Shown here in pieces: positions 1-13,000 of a stretch of DNA of 64,000 nt. Source of the DNA: Amoebophrya sp. A120 (Eukaryota > Protista > Dinoflagellata). Where the stretch lies: NCBI GenBank assembly GCA_905178155.1, contig CAJINV010000010.1, positions 1 through 64,000 of the forward strand, read 5' to 3'. Both the position numbers and the translations under genes were made by a program. The notes beneath the pieces are model-generated. The model ran no database searches. It had not been told where the DNA came from and saw only the letters and a list, made by a program, of their open reading frames with translations. The stretch's first letter is position 1; the number at the start of each line of letters is the position of its first letter.

Positions 1-537
1 ATCTTCACGAGAGTGTGGAACAAGTGGATGCCGCCAGAAGCAGGAGGAGGAGCCTCACGGGCAATTACAGATGCCGCCGTCGTTCTTGCTTTGCGTCTGC
101 ACGGTAATTCTGCAAGGTCCCACCGGTAGCAGTGCAATCAGAAAACATACATAATACCTGTTAAAGAGGTCCGTCATCTCATCGCGATGATTATGCACGT
201 GATGCGGTTCGCATTATGATTCGTACGTTTTGGTACTCAACTTATCCTTGCGTCCCCGCCGTCGACTTTTACTAAAAATCAGACTAATATCGCATCCGGT
301 TCGACTTCCACAGCCGTCGACGTGTCTGAGCTGGTTGAAGATGCTCCTTCAACTTCTTCTTCCTCCGCTTCGTCGCCGCCTGGCTCAAAAATTTTGTCGA
401 AATACATGAAGTACGCGTATCCGATATGACACGCAGATTGCAAAATTCACGTTCGCATGGAGAATTGTAGACGGAATTCGGTGAAATCTTTGAATAGTGA
501 TTCATTTTATTTTCCGGACCTACTTCATCTGTTCGCT

Positions 538-606
538 GCAATACAGTGTTCGAGTTGATGTTCGTTGCAATATAGTGCTCGAGTTGATGTTCGTCGCAAT
601 ACAGTT
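538..606. repeat. 29-bp tandem repeat, ~2.3 copies
   Basis: gcaatacagtgttcgagttgatgttcgtt / gcaatatagtgctcgagttgatgttcgtc / gcaatacagt. Confidence 0.8.
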
Positions 607-639
607 CATGGCACTAAATTCCTGTCGCTGTCGTGATGT

Positions 640-3600
640 TCAATGTGAAGTGAGTTTATTTGTTCTCCCTTGATACGACAACCCGTCCGACAAGTAGGAC
701 ACAAAGTGCCAAAAAGCGGCATCAAGTGCAAATGTGTCTGGGTCTGGAACCTTGTGACGCAGGTCTGTAAATGGTGTGCACACTGCAATAGAATAGCACG
801 CAGTTGTCAAGCATGACAAGAAGTTTTGAAGCTGCTAGTGTGTTTCGCTTTATTCCGCATGACAAACAGCGTTTCTGCACGACAGGCAACAGGCCTCTTC
901 CCCGCTCATGCCTCACAGATTTGAGAATCATGTTCATACCAGACAAGCAAGACAAACTTGCGTTCACGTTCTTCCAGACCAAGACATATTTCCAATCCAC
1001 CATATCTATGGATGTGTCAGGTTTGAAATCGTCAAAGTTGAAATAGTTTGTCATGCATAAAACAGATACCAGTCGGAAGCCCACTTATCAAGTGGCGCAT
1101 GACAAATTTTCCGAGCACCGGAATCCAATTTGTCATGCTGTTTGGGCACAGAAGACTGCTTTTGTCATGCGAGTTTAGTAGCTCTATTTCAAACCCTAAA
1201 CAGGCTCACAATCGGCTTCACTTGCTATCCTGGCAAGACAGGCACTTCATGCCTTGCATTTTATGCATCACAAACTATTTCAACTTTGTCGATTTCAAAC
1301 CTGACGCTTCCATAATATCCGGTCGGAATATACAAGATGTCGTAGGGCTGGAGATCGACCACAGCTATCAACTGTAAAAATGTCTGGGTCTGGAAACTTG
1401 TGATGCTGAGTGGCGTCTCATAGTGAGGCCACAAGTGCTGGCTCAGCATGACAAATTTCTGAGCTTGTAGGTGTTGCCTATTCTGCATGACAAATTGCGT
1501 CTCCGCATGACAGAAAAATGCGGCTCTTGGGCAACGTGCATGACAGATTTAAGAGTCATGCCAGACAAGCATGACAAACATGCATTCTTCCAGACCCAGA
1601 CATTTTTACATTTGATAACAGCCTCGAATATGTTATCAACACTGACGCTAGTGTCAGATGTTGAGTTGTTCGCGCGAGGATCTACCACCACGGCACTGCT
1701 GTTGCCGTCCTGCTCTGCTACTCTTCGCTGCGCCCTTCGGGCTACGTATTTGGGAAAGAATTCCGCAAGATATCAGAGTGCACAATTCCCCTTGTAATTC
1801 ACCTTGTCTTTCGTACTCAGAATCGTACACCTTTTGGTGGCCGTCGCCGTGTCTGCAACATCACCACAAGTTTATGAGGCCGAAACTCCACGACAATCCG
1901 GTTTTGCATGTGGGTTTATTGTCATGCAGAAGCTGCGTCCTTCGTGTCGTTTCTGTTGCTGCAAGCGCTACACAAATGTCGAAGGAGTGCTGGGGGAGCT
2001 GTGCACCCTCATAAAAGCTCTTCATCCGCCTGCGACGGGTCGAGCCCCGCGACGACCTTGTAGCCGTCATCGTGCAGTTATGCAACACAAATCTACTCGA
2101 GTAGCCGTACACTACAGTACGTGCACAAAAATACAATACATCACAAATTCCAGGAACAACATGGTGCATAGTTGTACCAATTTTGTCATTGTGGATGATC
2201 CCGACTTGCAAAAGAGCCTAGTCATGCGCAAAGAAACCGATAGTTTTCATTCGATGTAGTAAGTGTGGTACGGTACTAAGCTATGTGCAGTTTGCCCGGT
2301 TGATAGCCTGCTGAGCCCGTCAAAATATTCGTCCTGGTCCTGCGAGTAGAGAAAAACCCGCTTCTGTCCGCTCAAATGGAGTAGCAAACCGCCGAAACCG
2401 TGCGTGGAGTTCTCGATGTCCGTGTGCATCAGCGTCGCTTGTATGCAATGCAACCTCATCCCCGCTGCACATGCACAAAACGCATCACAAATTGCACCAA
2501 CTTAGAAGAAGCAACTTGTCATCATGCTGAAGAGGTTGCAAGGAGCAGTTTGTCATGCGGAAGCCACATTTGTACGTGTACGGGAACAAGAAATTTCCTG
2601 CGGATAGTTTTCTCTTTGCTGGCAAGCCAAATCTCGAAAGTTGGAAACACGTCCGGCCGGGCCAGCCACTTGGTAAAGTACTTTGGCGGCATAGTGCGGG
2701 GCTGCAGGTTCAACCCTATCCCGCGTAAAAACGTCACCGCCCAAGACTTGTAAATGAAAAGCCGCATGATGGTGCTCAAGATGCTTCTCATGCGGATATC
2801 CATGAGAAGTGGTTTTGTTTTCGTTTTGTAGTGGTGTTTTGAAATAATTTGTGATGCTAAAAGCAGCATGATAGGCGACGAGATCTGTGACGCTACTGCG
2901 TTAGCTAATGACGACTAGTATTACACTGCGCGCCCAAATTTGTCATGCGCAACAGCCAATGCTTGCTGATTTGTCTAGCCAATAACTTCCCACCTTAACG
3001 AAGGGGAGTTGGTGGCGTAGTTTCTACTCAGGATAAACCTGTTCGGACCGGTAGTGTCGATGTAGGGATTTTGTCGGAAAAGCTTTTTCAGGTACTCCAC
3101 AAACGGCCTCCAGAGCTCCTCCCGATCCGGAATGAAGTGCCGTGCGTTATCTTCGTGAAATCGGTATCAAATGCAAAAATGTAGTTTGGGTCTGGAAACT
3201 TGTGATGCGAGGAAGGAAATAGTGAAAGCCAAAGCAGTGCAATGCGCTGCCGCTGCCCAGCATGACAAGTCTTGCCGTAGTTCTGAGTTGCATACCCCGC
3301 ATGAGAAGCTGCGTCTTTGCATGACAGGCAACCGGAGCTCTTCGCGGCCACGCAATACAGAGCTCAGAGTCATGCCAGACTAGCATGACAAATCTCGCAA
3401 TCTCCCAGACGACCCACGCATATTTGCATTTCCATTTGATAATCGATAGTTCCCACTTCTGATTGTTTCCTTCAAACTGACACCGACGAAATCTTATCCT
3501 ATGCAAAAGCATCGCATTCGTATAAATGCAAGTCTTGCATTACAAATCTTTCTTTTAAGGCAGATCAGCATTACAAATCTTATTTCTCATGCTGAGAAAA

Positions 3601-4618
3601 TTTGTAATGCATTTATACGAGTACGATACTTTTGCAGTTCATAAATCTACGCCCGCACCGGTGTTGTTGTTAGAAGCTGCACCTTCTCCACCACTATCGT
3701 CTGCTGGGCTGCTCCTACCAGTAGATTTTCTGCTTGTAGCAGTAGTTTTCCTCGTCTTGTTGCTTTGATGCCGATGATCGGTTTCAACACCGATGGCGCT
3801 GCCGCTTTCTTCTTCAGATGATGATTCGTGTGGTGAATCCCCGTTCTGGCGGCTCTGTAGTCGTTCCTCCTCGTCTGATGTTCCCGTATCTGATGAAGTC
3901 GCTTCAACCTCTGCCCAGAACAGGGCGTCTTATGCAACACACAAAATTTACTTTTGGTTTTACCGCACAACGACTACACCACGAAAATGCATGACAGGTA
4001 GATATTTGCCAGCGTGAAGATTAAGATTGATTATTTCTATGTGAAAATCGTCATGGAGCTAAAAATTTTCCTGTGGCTCGGAAAAATAGCCCTAGTACGA
4101 TGAAGTCAACATTTGCAGCTCTACGACGTCGTGCGCGGCAAAAATGAATTTCCATTTTCGTTGGATACATCCGAGTAGTGTGTTAGAAGAAAATCCAGAT
4201 CCCAGTCAAACGGCGTGGTACTGTTCAGCATGGTGGTTTGGTTGCTCAACAAGTGGTCATCATTTCTCTTGTTCTCATTCCCAGGCAGTTGATGTCCTCC
4301 TAATTGTCTCCGCCCGAGCTCCGTCATGCGATGCACGGAGGGCACGCCCGGAACCAAATCGGAAAGATCGTCGCAGTTCTCGAAGATCCGGGGGACAGCG
4401 CCTGCGGTTTGTGTTGTTCTGGAAGCTCCTTCTGGCAAGAAAGCTGTTGTGGACGATGCTGGGGCCGCAAATGCGAAGTGGAGAAGCGCCAATAGTGAAG
4501 AGCGACGCTGTACTGGGTGAGGGTGTGGACCAAGAGTGGAGCTCTTCGTTATGGTGCTTGTGTGCGGCATTCGCTCTGGGTCTTGCAAAGAGGTTTGCCG
4601 CCGAATGGTCATTCTCAT
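640..4618 (-). CDS. JmjC/cupin-like (Cupin_8-type) 2-oxoglutarate/Fe(II) oxygenase, multi-exon
   Basis: Removing elements 3931-4167, 3495-3643, 3165-3441, 2717-3035, 2442-2606, 2079-2305, 1771-2013, 1366-1617 and 720-1317, each plus 5 bp, gives one open frame: WDLDFLLTHYSD...FEIWLASKEKTTLMHTD...LLLHLSGQKRVFLYS...DPSQADEEL-EFFPKY...VDLQPYDILYIPT(G/A)FWHFV...TSH*. This contains the HxD...H Fe-binding triad and typical JmjC motifs. Start codon uncertain (4618 or a downstream ATG). Confidence 0.8.
720..1317. mobile_element. family A introner (degenerate) with family H element nested at its terminus
   Basis: TIR core TGCAAATGTGTCTGGGTCTGGAA; flanks agcgg/tccgg. Confidence 0.65.
1007..1314. mobile_element. 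family H introner
   Basis: ~55-bp TIR TATGGATGTGTCAGGTTTGAAATC; DR atatc. Relatives at 25154-25460, 33407-33718, 35920-36226. Confidence 0.9.
1366..1617. mobile_element. family A introner
   Basis: TIR TATCAAnTGTAAAAATGTCTGGGTCTGGAA; DR acagc. About 21 family members in the window. Confidence 0.9.
2717..3035. mobile_element. family C introner
   Basis: TATCC...GTAAAAACG ends; DR aaccc/aacct. Confidence 0.75.
3495..3643. mobile_element. family B introner (~150 bp)
   Basis: TIR TATnnnnTGCAAAAGTATCGTACTCGTATAAATGCA; DR aatct. About 22 members in the window. Confidence 0.9.
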
Positions 4619-4947
4619 TGTCGCGACCAACACTGTTCGTCGTTTTATCTCACTCCTTCTTGATGTCACCACCAGGTAGTGCTGTGAATGACCTCGAGCT
4701 CAGCCTTGCTCTGTCTGTCATGGCAGTCGCCTCGCGAAGACAAAGCTCGAGGAGGCATCACCTTCGCTTAATATCTGACTGTTTTCGTTTGTGCACGATC
4801 TTCTGCTCTCTCTTCTGGCCTTTCTATTTAACGTCAAGAAGCAGCTCATGGAACCGACAGAGTCTTTTCTCCACCACCTCAGCCACTCTCTCTCAGGCGT
4901 CCCACCCACGGCGCAAATCTTCAAAAAAACTCTCTAGCGGGCCACAA

Positions 4948-4979
<32 letters not shown>

Positions 4980-4980
4980 G
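4948..4980. repeat. (GAT)n microsatellite
   Basis: About 11 GAT units. Confidence 0.9.
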
Positions 4981-5146
4981 AACTGTTCCCGCAGAGAAGC
5001 GGCGCCCTGTCATCCTCGTCTCTGATTCAGCTTCATCCCACGACGCAACAACGACTACTCCAAGAGGAGCGCCACGGCTCAGCTTAGGAATTGGAATTAT
5101 TGGAGAGCGAGAGAGGCACAAGGCGGCCAGGAAGGAGCGCCATCTT

Positions 5147-5246
5147 NNNNNNNNNNNNNNNNNNNNNNNNNNNNNNNNNNNNNNNNNNNNNNNNNNNNNN
5201 NNNNNNNNNNNNNNNNNNNNNNNNNNNNNNNNNNNNNNNNNNNNNN
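5147..5246. other. assembly gap (100 N) with ~95 bp duplicated on both sides
   Basis: 5052-5146 is identical to 5247-5341. Confidence 0.9.
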
Positions 5247-6835
5247 CGACTACTCCAAGAGGAGCGCCACGGCTCAGCTTAGGAATTGGAATTATTGGAG
5301 AGCGAGAGAGGCACAAGGCGGCCAGGAAGGAGCGCCATCTTGCGCAGCTGGCGCCCCACGGTGGAGTGGACGAAACAGACGCGGCCACGTGATCCACCCG
5401 CCGGCCAGGGAGGCCGGCGGGCGAACTGCGCAGGCGGCTGGGAGCACCAACGCCGAGCGAAGAAGTTGCCTGATAAGCAACAAAACGCCAGCCGCGAGGC
5501 GCCGGCTGATGAGCAACAAAACGGCAGCCACGGCGGGGCAGGCCGCTCCCCCTCTTCTCGGCCACAACCTAGGAGCCTGCGCCCCTTGGGCGCGGATAAC
5601 TACGGGAAACAGGAAGCGCGGCCCGCGCCTTTCACATCCGCGCCGCTGGGCTTTTTTCTTCCAGCGCAGTGCGTCGCGATGGGGATGACGACATGGAAGA
5701 TACACCGCGGCGCCGGAGCCGGCAACCAGCTCGCGAATTTTCGGAAGTTATTCCGAACGGCAGCCGCCTCGCGAATCGAGCGCCGCGGACCCAGACCCGC
5801 GCGGCGCTCGTCGTAAGTAGACCCGCGCGGCGCTCGCGAGTTTCAGGCAGACGAAACGGCCCGCAGGGTTTGCCACGTCGTCCTTGCTGGCAATTCCGCT
5901 TCCGGTGCCTCAACGCACGCGCCGCTGCGCCTGCGCCGTCCCTGAGCTATCGGAAAGAAGATCACCAAGATGCCCAAGCAAGATCTTAGGAAAAACAAAC
6001 AACTCGAGAAGACCAAAGATCGGAAAGAAGTCGCTCCTTTGCTCGCACTTTCTTGTCACTCACGTGAAGACTGAGCAGTTACATCTAGATGTGACGATCA
6101 TGCCACATCAAAACAGGACATGATGTTGCCTCAAAATGATCATGAAAAGGCACGCTCCACCGGCCGCTCTACCTTCTCAAAAACACCACATGCGCATGCG
6201 GTCCTCGTACTCAGTCTCAATTATGATTCCGGACTGCATCAGGTCATACTCACATAAGAAGCAGAACATACAAGACTTCAGCGGTAAAAACAGAAATTCT
6301 TCACTTTCCTGTATTTTTGAAAGAAACAAAAGACGTTTTTTTCTTTACAGTGAGATTTTCGGCAAGATGCTCGTCGTTGTTGCGCTTGTTTTCTCTGGTC
6401 GTGACTTCGACTTGTTCTTTTGCAATATGCGACGAGCGCTCCGCTCGATTCTTCGTTCAGAGATTCACCAAATGAAGCCCGTGGACAACTTCTCAAAGCA
6501 CCTTGCCATCATGGGGAGTATCTTCAACTTTCTAAAAGCAACAATAATTGGTACAGGCTATTCAAACACGTCGTGCATTTTATTTGGACACCTTTGTTCA
6601 TCGTTTCTCTTTCTGTGCAAGGGATGATGACGAGGACACACGGCGGTAACCGTAAGTCGATTCTACTTTTCTGCCCGTCTAAAGTGTGTCATTCGTGGTC
6701 GCTGGTGAGACTTCTAAGCACTCATCTTTCTCGTCGTCCTGCGGCTGCGTGATGTACAACTGCAGAAGCATTCCTCCGCTGACACCGAGGTTTCTTGGAA
6801 CGTCGACGTTTTATTGTTCTTCTTCTTGTCATCCA

Positions 6836-7636
6836 TTACTGTGTTAACCCCGTGAACTCCACATTTATCAGTCCCTTGCACCCCTTCTTTGCCTTTCCGT
6901 AGTCCACCGCCGCCAACTCTTCGCACCGCGTGTCGTTGTAGGTGTTGTAGCCGCGGTATGACTGTGCACAACTACTCCCCCTCCTCCTCATTTGTATTGC
7001 ATGAACAGCAATACAAACACCCGCACATGTGGAGCCTGTGCATGACAAGTTCATGCGCGTAATGTAGTACTGTTTGGGCCTCCGGAATCTGTCATGCAAG
7101 CAGCACCATACGACAGCGCTTGGATTTGGCATTTTGCATGACAAATCACGAGTGGGACGGGGAATTGTGCACTGTCATACGCAGAGTCGCGTGTCCAGCA
7201 AATTTCGCATCTTGGCGTGGCTATCCGGAATCGCGTTGTGGCACTTGCTATGCATTGCAAATATGTCTGGGTCTGGAAGACTGCAGATGTAGTTTGTAAT
7301 GCAGTTTTTGCATGACGCAGTAGAGTGGCATGCAGGGACCAGCATCGCAGGTTCTTCGAGAGCTCCATGATGCCTACTCCGCATGAGAAATGCGCTCTCA
7401 GCATGTGCATGATGATCAAAGATACACATTACTTGCTGTTCCTGTTTTTCTTTTTGCAAGACAAATTTTCCTGTGATCTGAAATGCGCATCACAAGTTGC
7501 AACCCTCCAGACCCCGACATGATATTTGCACTTGATACTTGCCGATCATGAAGTTACTGGCCGCTTCCCAGGCACCCAATTTGACTTGCTCCAACTCGCC
7601 ACATTTCTGGCAAGTCACGCGAATAGCAACTGACAT
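6836..7636 (-). CDS. small Cys-rich hypothetical protein (~92 aa), 3 exons
   Basis: MSVAIRVTCQKCGELEQ...MIGK|CHNAIP...TRLC|GYNTYNDTRCEE...GLTQ* after removing elements 7249-7537 and 6957-7179 plus 5 bp each; contains a CxxC motif. Confidence 0.6.
6957..7179. mobile_element. family E introner
   Basis: TIR TATGACWGTGCACAA; DR cgcgg/cgcag. Relatives at 1771-2013 and 24480-24699. Confidence 0.85.
7249..7537. mobile_element. family A introner
   Basis: TIRs present; DR cttgc. Confidence 0.9.
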
Positions 7637-8917
7637 GGAACAAATTGAAATGAAAAGGGTTTTCTCGTCGTCACGCGCCTGCGGAGGCTCGTGGGCAATT
7701 CTAGTCAAAACAAACTCGGTAGTTATTTTCAAGGATTTTGGACGATAATGTTGCGCTGCCAAAAAAACAAAACGTCTACTACCGTAGCAAGTGCAAGAGT
7801 AAGGTGTTTGACTTTGATTTGATGTGTATTTTTGCAGGCTGTACTCAATCACCAATGGTTTAGGCTGGACCAAAAATAGAGCTTGTGTCTAGGCCCAGAG
7901 AAGGTATTAAAAGCTGCCCATCAGAGGCAGGGGTGTGCGTTGCTAGCTGTTAGAAGAATAAGTGAGGCCCTGAAACAAGTTTTTAATTCATTGGTTTTGC
8001 AGATTCGTTTTCCCGACGACTTTGAAAAAAATCAACTGGGAGCGACGCGACGACCGAGCCTTACTTTCATCCCTCCTACCCAACAGGAATTGATTGGTTT
8101 TCTGCAAGACTACCTACTCATCGACTTCAGGCCCTCAACGATTGGACTTCAGAAAATAAACATCTTCACCGACCAAGATTAATATTGTTTGCAGCCCTAC
8201 GATTAGCATCGAAGCTTTCTGCTGCCCCAAAAATTTCGAAAAGTAAGGCAAGCAGCCTGAGCCTGCGCTGGCGCTGCACGACGAGAAAGAGACGGCGTTG
8301 TATACATTCGGTCTTTGTAGTTCATCTGTTGTGTACAGTACAAGATTTAGTAGTGGTTCTGTTCTTGTTGTTCGCTTGCGTTCATACCAGGCGTCTTTCT
8401 TTTCTTGCTCCGGCAATGAAGCGGCCCGGTGCTTTTCTATCTTGTTTCATCAGCTGCAAACTCAATCTAAGCGAACTCATCCAGCCATAGGCTTTTGCTT
8501 CTTCGAAAGTCTGTGCAACAAGTTATCTACATCAACAGGTAATATACGCGAAGATGACGTGCATTTTACAACTGGCTGTGCCTACTTTATTTCCATCGAT
8601 GAAATGGAAACTGGTTCTTTTTTCTTCTTCTACGTTCACGATTGTACAAGTAGGCCGTGAAGCTACGATTTTGCTATTCTGGAAACTGAAACTGTTTGTC
8701 TGCTCCTCTTGCGATAATTGCGATAAAACTTAGTTATAATGTGGAAGCAGCAATAACAGGAGTCTTGATGAAGTTGAAACTACTCGTAATGCTGGTACAT
8801 TTTCATTTTCACAAGTGCTATCTTTATCGGTTTTTCGTTCGTCAATCATACAGTTAAGAATTGCATTTGAATACGACTTGTTTCTGATTCTGCATTTCAG
8901 TGCGAATAATGTTAATG

Positions 8918-9923
8918 GAGCGGAGTAACAATTGACTCAACTAAGTCGGATCGCCGACTTAGTCGTCCGTCCGGCCGCACGGACGACTAAGTCGGACTTT
9001 GTCGCGGGCGGAAACTTCCTCCTTCAGGAAATCGAAGAGCCGGGGAGATAAACCCTCACCCGGCGTCCTGCCGTGTGAGAAAGTGCACTTTTGTAAACGG
9101 ATTTTTGCGCTTTTGGTGTGATTTTTTTTTCCGGGTGAGCATCCCGAAAAAAATGGCAAATGCTGTTTTTTATGCATGACAGTTGCTGTTTCTGCATGAC
9201 AAAGTAGCCCTTTCTTCAATTAAAAAAGAAACGAGTTTTATTTCATTTCCTGCAAAAGCAAAAAAAAGCAAAAGTCCACACTTTTCATGTGAAGACTTTT
9301 TTCATTTGGAAAAAGTGCACCCTGGTTCAGCTTCGCATTCACACTCGGCTCGGGGGGTTGCGCGAATTCCCACCTCGGTGGGGTTGCGCGTTCGCCAGAC
9401 GCGCAACGAACGCGCACCCCCCCCCCCCCCGAGCCGAGCTGGGGATGAAGCTGAAAAAGGTTGCACTTTTAAAAATGCGAACTTTTGCTTGCGAACGCGC
9501 AACCCCCCCGAGCTGGGAATGTGGGGGCGGAGCTGAAGAAGTAGGTCGCACTTTTTCCAAATGAAAAATGCGGACTTTTGCTTTTTTTTGCTTTTGCAGA
9601 AAAAGTTTCTTTTACTGCAGAAAGGGCTAACGTGTAATACATAAGCAGCAACTGTCGCGCGTAAAAAATAGCACTTGCCATTTTTTTCGGGATGCTCGGC
9701 CGAAAAAAAACACACCAAAAGCGCAGAAATCCGCTTACAGAAGTGCGCTTTTTCATACGGCTTTCGGGTGCTGTAACGGCAGGAGCCCGGGTGTGGGTTC
9801 TCGGCTCTTCGATTTCATGAAGGAGGAAGTTTCCCGCGACAAAGTCCGACTTACTCGTCCGTGCGGCCGGACGGACGACTAAGTCGGCGATCCGACTTAG
9901 TTGAGTCAATTGTTACTCCGCTC
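8918..9923. mobile_element. intergenic foldback/MITE-like element with very long TIRs
   Basis: Ends GAGCGGAGTAACAATTGACTCAACTAAGTCGG are exact inverted copies; arms stay similar for ~400 bp; 3-bp TSD ATG. Confidence 0.85.
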
Positions 9924-10064
9924 ATGTAAAGTATTCCGGTTGTTCTTGTATGTACTAGAGCAAGATGAACACCGCTAGGTCAGATACCAAATCTACAGCA
10001 GTGATTGAAAAAATCTTCTCCACCGTCCCTGCCCCCGCGGACAGTAAGAACTTCCACCACTTTC

Positions 10065-13000
10065 CTAAATCCGTATCGCCTTTCTCACCGCCCGCTTTAG
10101 CCTTCCCAAGTAGATATGGATTGCAAAAATGTCTGGGTCTGGAAGGTTGGAACTTGTAATGCTAGCTTTCCACACCTAGAAAATCTGTATTGCATAACCA
10201 ACAAAAGTCGCAGCCTCTTTTGTCATGCAAGAACGCAGTTTCTCATGCGGATTGCCTATGAGAAAGCGTTTTGGGAAGTTGTCATGCCGGACTGCATTCG
10301 GAAGTCTTTTCATCATGCACATTTTAGCATCACAAGTTTCCAGACCCAGACATTTTTGCATTTCATAGTAGACGCCGAGATTGATCGTATCCGTGGAAAT
10401 TTTGTCGACCGAGAACGTCAGGAACGCGGCGATATCAAATGCAAAAGTGTCTGGGTCTGGAACTAAGCAACTTATCATGCTAAATCTGAATGATGTAAAA
10501 ATCTGTGTTGCGTGCTTACCAAAAGCTGTCCACTTTTGACCTAATCGAGCGGCAGTTTCTCATGCAGGATAGGCATGATGGAACTCATCTCACAGAATCT
10601 GTCATGCTAAGTCCTACGTGCCAGACCTCAGGGGTCATGGAAAACCTGCATGACAAGTCTGGCACTCTTCCAGACCCAGACATTTTTGCATTTGATAGGC
10701 GAAGAACACTTGGACAGACGTCGTGATCAAAGACTTCCTATGCATTGCAAAAGTATCGTACTCGTATAAATGCAAGTCTCGCACTACAAATCTGTTCCCG
10801 AAGGCAAATCAGCATTACAAATTTCCTTTCTCATGCTGAGAACATTTGTCATGCGATCTATACTAGTACGTATGGATCCACTATTCGCCAAACATGCGTA
10901 TTTGCATTTGCTCGAAATATTGAAAAATCCTCAATAGAGATTGATGTTTCCGGGTATGAGACGCCACCTATATGAAAATACGCCGCACCAAATCCCCTCC
11001 CCACCTCAGCGCCAACGAAGCTCACCACTCCCCTACTTCTTTCGCTGTATTCCCATTCTCTAGTACAGCTACAAAAAGATCAATCGACATCGGTTCACTT
11101 CTGGCTCTTTCCCACATCGTTGACACGGCCGCGAAGGCACAGTCATTCGTTGAGATATCAGCTCCCTGCGCGTCTCTATCAAAGTCGGAAGACAATCGTC
11201 TGGATCTCTAATCCGAAAAATGAAAACAGTCAACCCCGGAAGGGTTCCAAAAATGAAATCAAGGAGCCATCTCTGGCCTGGTGAGGTAACACAGAAAAAC
11301 CCAAGCAACTGCCACACACACCATTGCGCGCGGGCAGTCGGAATATGACGTGGGGGGCCTACCCCTACGACAACCGGGCCACGAAGAAGCGAGCCCGAAG
11401 GCGGAACCGCGGCGCGGAGGTTAATTTGTTTTGGGGGAGTTCGCATTCTTTTTGCGATTTTCAGCTGAGGGGCAACATGTTGCGAAAATTTTATTTCGTG
11501 ATAAAGCGCGCTCAGAAAATTAAATTTAGCAGGTTGGGTGTTTTGACCCAACCTGCGGCGCAGGTTGGGTCAAAACACCCAACCTGCTAAATTTAATTTT
11601 CTGAGCGCGCTTTTTCCCGTATCTGGCAGCGGCCGAGGAGGTTCGGCCGCTGCCAGAAACGGACCACATGACGAAAAGACCTTGGCTGTTCGGAACAGCC
11701 AAGGTGTTAGCTTTCATCATGTTGTCCGTCGTTTCCGTCTAGCTGAAAAGGTCGCCAGCAATTTCCTGTCCAAAATTAGAGCCCACATCCCCACCATCGA
11801 GGGACGCTTTGGCTTTCAATATATGCGCGTTCGAACTCGGGACGCTTCAATGCGGAGGCTTTCGTCTTTATCAACTCCTTCAAAGAAGAAGCTTGCAAAT
11901 TCCACCACTCCTTCTGCTGTTTTTGAGTCGTTTCACCGGCAGGATCGACGAGTTGGATAATATCGCAAGAAAAAGGTGCTACAGTAACGCATTGTGTTGC
12001 AGGCCAAGCAAGACAGACAAGCTGCGTCATGCCGGATATACCTAGCGAGCCTCGTTTCATAGGTGTTTTCCCGTAGGATTTCTGCATTACAGGTTTTGTT
12101 TTCTCTCTCATGCAGAGAAATTTGCGCTGCTGAATTCACTAGAAGCGTGTAACTGTATACACTTTTTTCGTGGGATAGATAATAGTGGCGATTCTATACT
12201 TATTGAGGAATTTTCAATAAACCGACCAAATCCAAATGCGCAGGTTTGGGTATATCGTGGGTCCCTACTAGTACGTTACTTTTGCAGTTCATACTTCCCT
12301 GGCCCGAAGGACTGCAGCACCAAGGCGATGAAGAGAAACAGCAACGCGAAGATCAACGAGTAGAACTATCCCACGAAAAAACTGTTTCACTGTGATGATT
12401 TTGCAAGATCTGCATCACAAGTTTGTTACACATGACAAAGAAAACTTGGCATGCGTGCTCCCTAAGAGAAAACACAGCTAAAAATCCAATGTCTTGCATG
12501 TGTAGCAAGACAAACGCATTTGCGTTCCGTTCTATGCATCACAAGTTTACAGCTAAGCAGTTTTTTCTCACGATAAGAACAGCAGAGTCAGCAATATCTG
12601 GTCCGTTTCCAGCCCGAGGTCTCGCATCTATCCGGAGTAAAGATCATGTCCCCGCACCAGAGTCAACATGGGAAATCTGCTAGACAAATCCATAAGCTTT
12701 GGCTGTTTCGCATGACAAATTTGGACGCGTAGGGTAGTGCTGTTTGAGCTAGCTAAGCAGCATTACAGATCTAGTATCTCATGCTGATTGGCGCATTACA
12801 GATTTCCAAGCCGCATTAGAAAATGCTTCTCATGGGGCTCCGCATGAGAAACATTTTAAGCATGCAGAGTAGCATGACAACTATGGTGTGGGTACGTTTT
12901 TACACAGGATAGCATCAACTGTTTCTTCAGTCGCTCCTTCGTCACAATTAGCAGCGCCATTTGGAATTCATGGAGTTTCAGCCGTTCCTCCTTCTCCACT

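Larger units (their letters stand above)
10871..12267. mobile_element. non-autonomous hAT-like TIR element
   Basis: ~65-bp imperfect TIR (TATGGATCC / TAGGGACCC); 8-bp TSD ctagtacg. Confidence 0.7.
10739..12293. mobile_element. family B introner expanded by nested insertions
   Basis: DR cttcc; the right TIR is split at tactagtacg. Confidence 0.85.

Noticed and set aside
5052-5341. 95-bp direct repeat flanking 100 Ns
   Set aside because: Typical unmerged contig overlap at a scaffold gap; not treated as biological.
7883-8660. Possible gene between the Cys-rich gene and the foldback element
   Set aside because: Only short overlapping ORFs, no recognisable motifs and no element junctions to test.
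11565-12111. Transposase remnant inside the hAT-like element
   Set aside because: No DDE, BED-finger or dimerisation motif recognisable; frames are short.
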